From contig NC_081370.1 of assembly GCF_030684315.1 (NCBI RefSeq), positions 34,304,728 through 34,368,727 on the forward strand: a stretch of DNA of 64,000 bases, given 5' to 3'. Made by a program: the position numbers and the translations under genes. Below are positions 25,481 through 37,982 of this stretch, in pieces. The notes beneath the pieces are model-generated. The model did not search any database, was not told where the DNA came from, and saw nothing but the letters and a program-made list of their open reading frames with translations. Source of the stretch: Stegostoma tigrinum. Taxonomy: Eukaryota. The first letter of the stretch is position 1. Every line of letters begins with the position of its first letter.

Positions 25481-27314
25481 GTAATAATCTCAGGAAAGTT
25501 AAAATATATTGTGTAATATAATTCAGAGATGCAGAAAAGGAGCACAATAACAGGATTTGATTTATAACTCAGAGGGAAGGACAATCTGCTGGGAGCACTT
25601 TAAATTCAAATTATTTCTAATCATATCGAAAAAGTAACAAGTGGAGCAAGTGGAACAGAAGAGAAAGCCAGCAGAGGAATATAGGGCAAGATCCAAGGTC
25701 ACAAATGTCACAGAATAGATCCAGCATCGACATTAATAGGTGAACATGGATAAGATCTGCTGGAAGTAAATCAGACACATTTACGGGGGTGGGAGGTGGT
25801 GGTGAGTGACGTGAAGATGGGAAATTGCTGGGTGCGAAGCTGAGGAGACAGAACAGAGAATAGAGCTCATGGTCAGAATAAAAACTGAAATAATTACAGA
25901 TGCTGGAAATCACAAGCAAAAACAGAAATTAATGGAAGAACAGAAAAGGTCAAGCAGCATTTGTCAAGAGAAATCAGCATTCATGTTTCGGGTCCAATGA
26001 GCCGTTCTCGGGACAAATGGTAACAAGGAAAGATTTGTTTTTTATGCAGAATCTCAGATGCGGAAAGGGTGTAAGGAGCAAACGGAAGGTAGAGACAGAG
26101 CCCAGAAACAGAGAAGATAGTTGGAAAGACAAAGTGATAATAGGAACTGCAGATGCTGGAGAATCCAAGAGAACAAAGTGTGGAGCTGGAGCTGTGCCTC
26201 TCTGATGAAGGGTCTAGGCCTGAAACGTCAGCTTTTGTGCTCCTGAGATGCTGCTTGGCCTGCTGTGTTCATCCAGCTCCACACTTTGTTATCTTGGAAA
26301 GAGAAAGGACTGGATAACAATCAGACTGGGAGGAAGACTAGCTGCTGACGGGGACCATTACTGACTAACCAAGAGTTGTATATTAAAGCAGACCGTGTGA
26401 TAAAATAGCCTGGTGTGTGGAGGTTGGTGTAAGGGCCTGGGATAAGGAGCCTCAAGCCCTAAAATTATTGAGCTTGACATTGAGTTGAAAAAGTTGCAGT
26501 GTTCCCATGTAGTAAACGTAGTACTCTTCTTCCAACTTGCACTGAGCTCCACTGGAGTACCACAGCAGGCCTGAGATAAGGACAATGGCCAGGAGCAGGG
26601 CGTTGTGAGGAAGTGGCAAGCAACTGGAACCACAGGGTGTCGTTTTTTTTTTTGCAGACAGAATGTAGATAGTCTGCAAAGTAGTGTTACGCAGTAGAGA
26701 GGTTAAATGAAAGAAAATCCCTGATATTCACTTTACAAGTAATAAGTAACAGTTTATTTATTTAATTCTGACAGTGAACAAGTTAACAGAATTATGAAGA
26801 AGCCAAACAATTCCCCCTTAACTGCGAGCTAATCCCAAACTGAACTAAATTCTACTGGTGTGCTGTTCAAATAAACACAAATCCCACTTATATAAACCTA
26901 AGTCATAAGAAAATAAATTAAATCTTTGTCTTTCAAAGTTTACATGCCTCTCTTCTGCTGATCTATCTGTCAGAAATGTTTTCTCTGTGAGGTTGCCTGT
27001 GAGGACTTATAGCTAGAAGTGCTGTGGTACCTTTTATGGGCAGATAGTGCATTCTTTTGAGAGCTTAGCAATTTCTTGTGACAGCTAGATGCAAATTTCT
27101 CAGATGGTGGTTTGCTCTCACACTGATTTTCAAAAACTCTCTCTTTATACACCTTGGATGACGTATCAATTTTCTTACAATAGCATTGGTCCAATAGCAC
27201 TGTGAACATGACCAACAGCACTATTGTTGTTCTTCCTCCTCCATAGCAAGGTTGATATTGTTTACAGTGTTATTTGCTTTGCATTAATGTAGAAATTCTG
27301 AAATGTCTACACAG

Positions 27315-27422
27315 GTGAAGAAAGCCAGACAGATCAGGGAGAGCAAGTCACTGATCACCTCAACCAAGAACACTTGCAAAATGAAAATCAGCAGGAAGCT
27401 GAAGTTGGAAATAGTCAAAAAG
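27315..27422 (+). CDS. acidic repeat exon type C copy 3
   Basis: cag|GT...AAAG|gtaat, 108 nt, matches 15709. Confidence 0.65.
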
Positions 27423-30400
27423 GTAATAATGTCAGGAAAGTTTTAGTATTTTGTGTAATATAATTCAGAGATGCAGAAAAGGTGCACAATAACATGATTC
27501 AATTTATAACGTAGAGTAAAGGACAGTCTGAGTGAAGCACTTGAAGTTCAAATTGATTCAAATTATATTGAAAAGTAACAAGTGGAGCAAGTGGAACAGA
27601 AGAGAAAGCCAGGAGAGGATTAAAGGGCAAGATCCAAGGTTACCAATGTCACAGAATAGTTCCAGAATATCCGTTAATAGTAGAATATGGATAAGTTCTG
27701 TTGGAAGTTAATTAGACACATTTACTGGGGTGGGAGGTGGCGGTGAGTGACATGGAGATGGAAAGTGGGTGGGTGCGAAGCTGAGGAGACAGAACAGAGA
27801 ATAGAGTTCATAGTCAAAATAAAAACTGAAATAATTACAGATGCTGGATATCACAAGCAAAAACAGAAATTAATGGAAGAACTCAACAGGTCCAGCAGTG
27901 TCTGTCAAGAGAAATCAGAATTCATGTTTCTGATCCAGTGACCCTTCCTTGGGACTAATGGTAGCCAGGAAAGGGTTGTTTTTTTTTATTGCAGAAGATA
28001 GAATGGGGAAAGGGTGTAAGGAGCAAACGAAAGGTGGAGTCACATCCCAAAGACAGAGAAGAACAGTTGGAAAGACAAAGGACTGGATAGCGATCAGCCT
28101 GGGAGAAAGACTAGCTGCTGATGGGGACTATTAGTGGCGAACAAAGAGTTGTTTATTAAAGCAGACCATGTGATACAATGGCCTGGTGTGTGGAGGTTGG
28201 TGTAAGGGCATGGGATAAGGTGCCTGAAATCCTATAATTATTGAACAGGTGTTACACTTCCTGCTGCTGCCGGGGTTTGGGGTGTGTGCTGTCAATGAAG
28301 GAGAAGTCGACATGGTGTCTCGAAGGGAATGGTCCTCGATGAACACTTATAGAGGAGGGGAGGGGTACATGCGCGGGGTCGAGGCATCCTACTCGAGGTG
28401 GCGGACGTGGCAGCCTATGGGTGTAGATCCTGCTGGGATGGTAGTTGAGGACAAGGGGAAGCCTATCACTGTTGTAGGAGGGAAGAGAGGGAGTGAGAAC
28501 TGAGATGTGGGAGATGGGTCAGATCCTGACAGTGTGGCCTGTCGGTTATGTTGCTGGGGACTCCTTGGCTGACAAAGAAGGTGGACATTTTGAAGTCCTC
28601 CTTGTCAAAGTTGGAATCATCAGAACAGGTGCAGTGGAGACAGAAAAACTGGGAAAATGGAATAGTGTCTTTCCAGGAAGCGCGCTGTGAGGATTATAGT
28701 CAAGGTAACTGTGGCATTCTGCTCATTTCCACTTGATATTGGTGGCCAATTTATCCGCAGAAATGGAAACGGAGCTGCCGAGTCAGAGATGGACGAGGTA
28801 AAAGTGAGAGTGGGTGGAAATTGAAAGAGAAATTGAGCAATCTTTCCATTTACAGGAGAGAAAGGGAGGCAGCACCAATACCCAATGACTTCATGGTTTG
28901 AACTTGTTTCATTCAATGTTGAATCCAAAAGGCTGTAAAGTGCTTAAAACGAAAATGAGGTGCTATTCCTTCGGCTTGCGTTGGGCTTCACGTGAACATC
29001 ACTGCAGACCAAGATCAGAAATGAGCAGAAAGGCAAGAGGCAGATTGAGCAGAGGGAATCCAGAAACATAGCAGACAGTCATTGGGCAAGGAGACATGGC
29101 TTTGAAAGTGAATTTTGGTTACTACGTGATTAGATACCAGATGGGAAATGGAAAGCAATGAAGGTGAACAGGATGGAAGAGACAAAGTGTTGTCACGGGA
29201 GCCTTGGGAAGTTCTTGAAGTACATCTTGTACATGGTGCAACCTGCTTTCACTCTTGGTTGAGGGAGTTTAAGGTTAAGCTCATGGATAAGGCGACGATT
29301 GAGTGGCTGCTTTGTCCTGGATGTTGTCATGGTTCCTGAGTGCTGTTAGAATTACACTCATTCAGGAAATTGGAGACTATCCTATCATACTCCTGACCTC
29401 TGCCTTGATAATGGTGAACCAGCTCTGGGGAGTCAGGAGAGGAATTAATCTATTTCAGATAATCCGATTCTCAGCCTGTGACTAAGTCTTGGTTCAGTCC
29501 AATTTCTGGCCACAGGTTAGCCTGACAATTTTGACAGTGGAGGATTCAGCTGATGTCATTAGATGTCGAGATAAGAAGGTTACATCGCCCGTTATTGGAG
29601 GTGGAAGTTGATATTTGTGAGGTGCCAATCTTGCTGCTACGTACAGGCGTAGTCTGCTTCAGTATCACAGAGTCCTGAATGGAACAGAACATTGAGCAAA
29701 CATCAACAAACGTTCTCACTTCTGACTTTATTATGGGGCCAGGTCATTGGTGAGGCAACTGAAGGTGGTCACATGTAGGACACTACCTTGACAACAGCCT
29801 GCAGTGATGTCCTAAAGCTGAAATGATTCACCTCCAAGAAGCACCTAGTCTCCTTTGTGCTGGGTATGACTCCAACCAGTGGAGGTTTGCTCTCCAATTC
29901 ACGATGAGTCCATACTTGGTAGGGGTCCTTCATACCGGCCTTGGTTAAATGCTGCCATGTTGTCAACACAGTCTCTCTCACATTACCTCTTGAGTTCACT
30001 TCCTTTCTCCATGCTTGATGAAGGTCGTATTGAGGTCAGAAGCTGAATGGCCTTAGCAAAAACAGAATATCAATGAGCTAGTTATTGAGCGGTAGAGTAT
30101 TGGTCATTACCTCCATCACTTTGCAGATGATAGATGATGCAATTCTGAATGGACACAACAGCAATAATAGTAAGCAATCAAGTTAAATAGCAGTTCAGTG
30201 AGTCAAACTCTGCTCACTTACCTGTTCCTCTTCAGCAGGAATCCGTTGTTCACATCTGTGGAAGAGCAATGATTTCTCAATGAGGAATTAATGTTTGGAT
30301 TGATTTTAATTCTTCGCTCATTTTGACTGTCATCTGGCCTCATTATGATTAATATGCTGGCGAGCATCAGGGTCTCCCATTATAAAACTGTAATAGCACA

Positions 30401-31028
30401 CCTTATGTTCTTACGGTTCACAGCAATGATCAAAGTGGCTGTCAGGACCTTGACATTTCAGAGTATGCAGCTGACCAATGAGAAAAGGGGACATGATATG
30501 CCTTCCTGTGACAGTCCTGTTTTGAGGAGAACTGCCAGCATGGAAATATGGCTCTACATTTTGAGGGGCTTCGAGTGGAATCACACCTCAGAAATGTGGA
30601 GCTTCTTTCTTATATAAAAGCAAAGGAGCCAGACCTATTGTACTTGCTAATGCTCAGAATATCCTGCCCATTAAAACACGGCACTTGGTGCGTATCTACA
30701 CAGTGATTTCCATGGGGTTGACATTCAATGAACTTGCAGTTCACTAAACCTTCCAGGACAAAGTGCCTTTGCTTCTAAACTTCCCACAAGTGGGTCGTGT
30801 TAAAGTATTCACTCAAAGTGCCCAGAACAGTGGTTGCTCAGCTTACCAGTGGAAGTTCAGTAGATTTAGGCATAACATTAAATTGTACAAACTGAGAATC
30901 AAACAATCTTGTTCAAATTATACAATAAATGGTGCGTTCAGTTCATAATTTGTGTCTAAACAAGAAAGCAAAGCAGAGAGCTTGGACAAATGTTTATATC
31001 ACATTTATGTTTTATTTTTATATCATAG

Positions 31029-31451
31029 TTCTGCATATAATTAGTGATATCAAGACACCGTTTGAAATCAGAGATGGTGTGGAAAGCCGTCTGAATTGGA
31101 AAGTTGCTGTAGTCAGCCCAGGAGTGGTGACTATTGTTACATCGATCAAAAGGAAGCACGAAAAGGATGAAAAGAAATTATTTCACTGGCAATCTGAAGC
31201 GCCACAGTCAGGACCAAGGAGAGTAACTTCTCCCCTCAAAAGTCTATCAGGCTCATGTGAGAAAGATGATTCCTTCTGTGCAGAAGAGCCAGAATTACAC
31301 CGCAGTTCTGACGGGACGTTCTTCATTCCCTGCACAATTACAATGCATCCCAATGTATCCAAGGATGATGGTGCTGTGGTAACGATCAAAGTTGAACAGG
31401 ATTCCATTGGCAAAGTCCTCACTAAACAAATACAAGTAAAAGTCACAGCAG
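31029..31451 (+). CDS. internal exon, degenerate C1-set-like Ig domain, copy 3
   Basis: Same splice sites and 423-nt open frame; differs from copy 2 near the end (IQVKVT vs IELKVT). Confidence 0.8.
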
Positions 31452-32704
31452 GTAATTTTGTACATTCCAGAAATAATTGTACACATGATGGTAAAAATGT
31501 GCTGCTATATATTCTTGTTGCCAGCATAAGCTTATCTGAAAATGTTATTTCCCGTACGTACTGTGATTAGATACAATGAACCGTGCACCAGTTTGAGGTG
31601 TGGAACCATAGATGTGGGATTTAGGTCAGAGATCATTTGCTTTTTTACTCAGAACTATGTCATTGAACTGAAAGCACTTTTTGCAGCCGTTTTGCAAGTG
31701 CAGGAAGTGATTGGGAAAGCAGGGAGATTGGAGAACAAGAATAAAACAAGTTCTCCAGTAGTGCAGATCTTTGGAATCCTCTCGAACAAAAATGTAAATA
31801 ACTGAAAAATCTCAGCAGATGTGACAGCGTCTATGCAGAGAAATCAGAGATAACAATTCAGGTCCTGTGACCCTTCTTCAGAATGGAGCCCTCTAATGAG
31901 GGCTGAGATGGGGCAGAATTTGTTAGGTGCATCCATGAGGGTTTCTTGAGAAACAAGATCTAAATAGTCCAACGAGGGAAGGAGCTGCACTAGATCTTGT
32001 TTTGGAGATTGATTCTGGCCTGGTGTTCGAAGTTTTAGTGGGAGAACATTTTGGGAACAGTGATCATAATTCCATAATATTTTTCAGATAGTTATGGATA
32101 AGGATAAGACTGATTCTTAGCTCATAGTGCGATATTGGAGAAGACCATAAGTCGATATTCCACTTGATGAATTGACATGCTCAGAAACATCAGTAGTCTT
32201 CATTGAGGATGAATTATCTTTACTGTATGGAATCCTCTCTCCATTTCTGCTAGGTTCTGAGGGAACGCTCTCTATCTTTACTCCGATACAGTTTTACTAC
32301 ACATTTCTGAAGATTCCTTTTGTTGTCCCATTACTGCCATAGATCCCCCGTTTCATTTCAAGCAATTAGATTTAGTACATCTTTTGCATCGTTTTCTTAT
32401 AAGACTGTAAGATGTATGAGCACTTGTAGGCAATTCAGACCATCAAGTCTGCTCTGCCGTTTGATCTTGGCTGATGTGTTTCTCAACGTCATTATTTTGC
32501 CATTTCTCCGCAACCTTTGATCAATGAAGAATCTATGTGTTTCTGTCTTAAATCCAAAGAATGATTTGGCTTCCACAGGCCTCTGCAGCAATAAACATGC
32601 CACAAATTAACCACCCTCAGGTTAAAGAAATTCCTCCTCATCTCATTTCTGAAGGGTTTTTTCCCTTCATTCTGAGGCTGTGCCTTCTGGCTGTCATCTC
32701 CCCT

Positions 32705-32878
32705 ACTCTGGAAAGATCTTTTCCATATCCACTCTGTCCACACCTCTCAGAATTCTATAAGCTTCAATCACATTTCCTCTCATTCTTCTAAACTCTGGAA
32801 AGATCTTTTCCATATCCACTCTGTCCACACCTCTCAGAATTCTATAAGCTTCAATCACATTTCCTCTCATTCTTCTAA
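32705..32878. repeat. 87-bp perfect tandem duplication
   Basis: 32705-32791 repeated at 32792-32878; single copy in the paralogue at about 21098-21184. Confidence 0.9.
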
Positions 32879-34484
32879 ACCTCATTGAGTACAGACCCCA
32901 AGCTGTGAACCACTCTTCATATGACATGCTTTTCATCTGCAGAATCATTGTTACAAACCACCAGTGGGCCTCCTCCAATGTTAGTACATCCTTGCTTTGA
33001 TGCATGGACCCAACCTGCTCTGAATATTCCAAAATCAGTCTGACCAGGGCTCTATTTCACCTCAGCAGTACATCCTTGCTGTTGTATTCTAACCCTTTGG
33101 AAATGATTTCTAACATTATATTTGCCTTCCAAATCACTAGCTCCACTTGCCAATTTATCTCAAGATAATTGCCTTTGTGCTTCAGATTTCTGAAGCCTTT
33201 CTCCATTTAGGCAATAATTTATACCTTTATTCTTACTACCAAAGTGCATAACCTCACACTTTTCCGCATTGTGTTCAATCTGCCACTGCTTCGCCCACTA
33301 CCCCGGCCTGTCCAAGTCCTTCTGCAGCCTCCTTGCATCCTCCACACTGTCTGCATGCACAGCATGTAACCAACCTGACACGATAAAATTCAGACAAAAC
33401 AAAGCCAAGGTAATCCTGAAACACAGACACCGAAAGCTGGAGAAATCCATAAATCATCCATTCTTTTGTCACATACAGGGTTGGCTATTCTTGTGCACGT
33501 TTATCCAGCATCCAATCTTTCACGCTTTTGCAATGTAAGCTCATTCAAAATCTGAACCTATTGTCACTCTCACCAATATCTGTTTGCCCATTACCCCACG
33601 GCTTACATTTGGCCCCATGCATGTCAATTTTAAAACCTGTTTCTAAATCCTTCCATAGTGTCACTCCCCCCTGTTCATTTCACATCCCTACCCTCCTCCA
33701 TTCTTGGAATCTTACAAAAACCTATCAAGTTGCTCTGTCACTGATGGTTGTATATTCAGCTGTCGAAGACTAAAAGTTTCAACATGTTCCTCTTTAACTC
33801 CAACCCTCATTCTGAACTGTTATTGAACTGTCTCATTTCCCACATCTGTATGTAATGGGCCACATAGCAGCAGGTGATGATGGTGCTGGAGCACTGAGCC
33901 AGGGAGCTAAGTAGTTTGCTGGGACATCCTCCACCAGCAGGTCATGACAGTGAGGGACCGCACCTGGAGCAGTTAAATGGAATCTGTCTGGGAAAAGTAA
34001 GGTGTAAAAAGATCAGCAGACAGACAAATGAATTCCTTCCTCCAGAATTTTCCCACAGGTTTCCTTTGATGTAAAATGCTACAAATAGTTCCTTGTATAC
34101 CCTTAAGTTCTTTTCATATTTGTAAAGCATGATACCAATGACATAAGGAACCACATTTCTTCATCCTTGGGTTATCTGTATGTTCAAATTTCATACCACT
34201 TACAATAGTTTGCTGTACTAATGTCATGTGCTGCTTGGTCTCAAATGATGATTACCATTTCCCCTTGTACATTAACTTGGCTCATTTCATCACTTTAAAG
34301 TTGTGTATAAATGTACATTATTGCAATTGATTGACAAATTTGTGTTTTTGCCTGCTGTGTCTGTGTTATCTACAAACATTAGCCGATGTCACTATTGCTC
34401 ATCCTTTTTCTCCATCCTGAGGTTGATATTGTTTACAGTGTTATTTGCTTTACATTGATGTAGAATCTCAAGAAATCTGTAAAG

Positions 34485-34580
34485 ACCAAGAAAGCCATAT
34501 GCCTGAGACCATGCAAGGCACTGATCACCACAACCAAGACGATTGTAACCAGGAAGCTGAAACTGGCATTAATCAAGAAG
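34485..34580 (+). CDS. acidic repeat exon type A' (96 nt)
   Basis: aag|AC...GAAG|gtaat; DQESHMPETMQGTDHHNQDDCNQEAETGINQE; 12-nt in-frame deletion relative to the others; alternative in-frame acceptor at 34464. Confidence 0.6.
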
Positions 34581-35122
34581 GTAATAAACTCAGGACAATT
34601 AAATATGTTTTGTGTAATATACTTGAGAGATACAGGAAAGGAGTACAGTAACATGACTCTTTTATAACCTAAAAGGAAGGACAGTCTAGTGGAGATACGT
34701 TACGTTCCAATTAATTTAAATTTATTTCGAAAATGTCTCTCAAATCTCGTTATGCATGGTATTTAAGATCTTCAAGATCTTCATCATTCCAAGACTGTCT
34801 GCGAGGAATGTAACCTGAAATCCCATGTAATTTTCCCTTTGATTTCCAATGCTCATTTCAAAACTCTCCCAACTTTCATTCCCAGCATACCTAGTGGGGT
34901 TTATGGCACCAATGTAATTCCCCACCCACTTCTGGCATTGAAATCTTCCAGCCTGACAGCAGATTGGCTCCAACTGGGTAAAAGTTGTATTTTGGCCGAC
35001 TGAATATGTGCTGTCTGTGAACATTAACCAATGTTGCTGTTCCTTCTTCTCCATACTGAGGTTTATGTTGTTGCAGTGTTATTTACTTTGCATTAATGTT
35101 GAAATGTGGCAAATCTGCGCAG

Positions 35123-35230
35123 ATGATGAAAACCAGCCAGAGGAGACAATGGAAGTTCCTGATCTCCTCAGTCAAGAATGGTTGCAAGGTGAAAATAAGC
35201 AGGAAGCTGAAGCTGGAATTAATCAAGCAG
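35123..35230 (+). CDS. acidic repeat exon type B'
   Basis: ctgcgcag|AT...GCAG|gtaaa; 108 nt; DDENQPEETMEVPDLLSQEWLQGENKQEAEAGINQA. Confidence 0.65.
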
Positions 35231-36969
35231 GTAAAAATCTCAGGACAATTTAAATGTTTTGTACAATATAATTCAGTGATGCAGGAAAGGAGAAGAGTAA
35301 CATGACTATTTGTAAGGACAGGTTAAATTGTTTTGAAATATATAGTAAAAGTCATTCAAAAATCTGCTTGTGTAAGTATTTGAGGAAAGAAAATTAGTCT
35401 TGTTTCTGACATGTAAACTATTCCTTCTCACTCTGACATAAGGAACGGAAGTGTTGGAGAAATATAAGAGGGCTAGCAGCACCTCGGGAGAGAGAAAGAT
35501 AGCTGTTAGTCAAGTCAGACTCTCCTTCAGAATTGAACCAAGAGGTGGAAAAGTGATGATTTTATATTGTATAAAAGGGAGAGAGGACAAGTAGAACAGA
35601 AGGGACAGCCAGGAAAAAAATTAGAGGGCAAATGAGATCAGAGGTCACAAATAACACAGAACAGATTCAGAGTAGAGGTTAATTGCAGAAAATGGCGAAT
35701 CTCTGCTGCAAGCTGATCAGACGTGGTTATGGGGGTTCATAGTGAGTGACATGGAGATGGAAAGGGGTTGATGTGATGCTGAAGAGACAACATAGAGAAC
35801 AGAGTTTGTGGTCTGAAGTTGTTTAACTCAATGTTGAATCCAGAATGCTGTAAATTGCTCAAACAAATAATGAAGTGCCTGAAATATCAGCTTTCCTGCT
35901 CCTATGATGCTGCTTGGCCTGCTGTGTTCATCCAGCTCTACTCCTTGTTATTTCTGCTATTCCTTTGGCTTGCATTGGGCTTCACTGGAACATCCTAGCA
36001 GACTGAGGACTGCAATGTGAGCATACGAGGAAGATGCAGATGGAGTCAAGGTATTCCACAAACCAAGCTGACAGTCCCTGGGGAAGGAGACATGGCTTTC
36101 AAAATGAGTTTTGATTACCATGTGATCAGATAACAGCAGGGAAATGGAAAGCAATAAAGGTGAACAGGACGGAATAGACAAGCAGAAATCCTGTCAGTGA
36201 AAAGAGGAGCATGTTTGTTCCACCAGATCATCCTCTCCATTTCTACAACCTCCAAATGCATCTTCTTCTTGAGGAGTCAATTCCCAATCCATTGTTTGGA
36301 ATTTGTACTCTCAAGTAACACATCGCTATCAATGTACGCTTTCAGAAGAGGCATTGAAACAAGGCTCTGACTAGCCTACAGGACAGATTTAAGATTCTTC
36401 AACACAGTTTGAAGTGGATTACGGAATATTCCACATCTATTTTTCTGCAGTATCAATTTTTAAAAAGTCAGTAGTTCATTCAAAGCTGTTTATAGACGCT
36501 AATTTGTTTACTCATAGCCTGTTCCAGTTCCCTACTGTACATCTCTGACTAAACATCATGAGGAGCTCTTATATGCCAAGTTTTTATTAAGGTCCTCTAT
36601 AAATTCAAGTTCTTCATGTCTCACCTCTATGTTGTTGCTGGTTAGAGAAAGGAATCACTGTTACTTAGTTTTGTGCTGATACACACTGAACAGCCATAAA
36701 TAACGCTGAACAAGGCAAAAAGTAGATCCTATAACTTTAATTAAATTTGTATTTTGAGAACAAGTTTAGTCTTGAATGCAAAAATAGCCTAAAATTTGAG
36801 ATCAGCTGAAACGTACATCCGGGCGAATGAAAATGCTTTTTGCTGAAGCAGCAAGTGAAAATTTTGTTCTCTTTCTTCCCCAACTATGCCTTCACCTCCA
36901 GTCCCTGCTCTTAAACTCTTGTGCTGACTGAATCCACTTGAATAATTCTCCAGAATAAACTGCTGAATT

Positions 36970-37112
36970 TGAAGTGGCAGACTAGTGTGAAAGACCAGTG
37001 GCAGCATGAAAGAGATTTGAAGTGGGAGACAAGTGTGAAAGACCAGTGGCAGCATGAAAGAGATCTGAAGTGGGAGACTAGTGTGAAAGACCAGTGGCAG
37101 CATGAAAGAGAT
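36970..37112 (+). repeat. 48-bp minisatellite, 3 copies
   Basis: tgaagtggsagacwagtgtgaaagaccagtggcagcatgaaagagat at 36970, 37018, 37066. Confidence 0.9.
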
Positions 37113-37982
37113 GGGGAAGTGAAAGAGGAAGGGATGAAGGCCAGCAGGGACAGCAACAATGAGATCAGGCAGTAGAGAATGGATACAGTGAGACAGAGAA
37201 CCAACAGTGGGAGGAGGAAATAAATGCCTATTGCACCTCCAACAGATTTTCAATGGAAATGTGTTAGGCCTAAAATTCTTCTGGATTCTTTGTTCGCATT
37301 ATAATGTTCCACATTTTCAAAGTTTTTTTGTGAATTGTTTAGAATGAAAACTGTTCTACGTAAGTCTCATATATCAATGATCTCCATTGATCAATGAGCA
37401 ATGGAGCAAGTAATTTGCTCCAAACCAGTCCATTTTGTGCATTATTAAATGTTAAGCCTGAACGTCACACTGGTTGTAAGGGAGATATACTTCGCACTAA
37501 TTGTGATAAGAATCTGACATGGGTTACTGGAAAGATGAAAACTGAAGAAACTTTCATTTCTGGTAAGGCGTGCATGAAAATGAGAAGTGAATGTTAAGAG
37601 GAATTCCCTTTCTGCAGCCAATGCGCAGATAGTTATAGTCAGTCATCAACTCAGATTCTCGAGAAGAAAAGAAATCTGAAAGTACTGAATTTTATAGATT
37701 GCTGAATCCCTTCACACAGTAGTTGAATTCACATTTAAGCCAGAATGGATCATAGAAATAGATTTACTTTTGATTTGCAGATGGGTTTCAACAACAATCC
37801 TGTAATTTCACAATCATTATTGTTTATTTAAAATTTTATTTCATTACTTGAATTTAAATTCACTGTCTGCCATGGTGAGATCTGAAATCTTGTCTCCAGA
37901 ACATTGATTGCGTCCTCAAGATTACCAGTCCATTAATAGTAGCATTGTGCTTCCATTCCTAGTGTACCTCTGTTCAAATTGG

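Larger units (their letters stand above)
23690..27500 (+). repeat. tandem ~1.94-kb duplication carrying a type C exon
   Basis: About 23690-25560 recurs at +1940/1942. Confidence 0.9.

Noticed and set aside
36970-37112. CRISPR-like array
   Set aside because: Head-to-tail repeats without unique spacers, no cas genes, vertebrate DNA
37511-37562. Possible small exon ending at TCTG|GTAAGG
   Set aside because: Weak acceptor, stop codon in the phase-1 frame, no supporting homology
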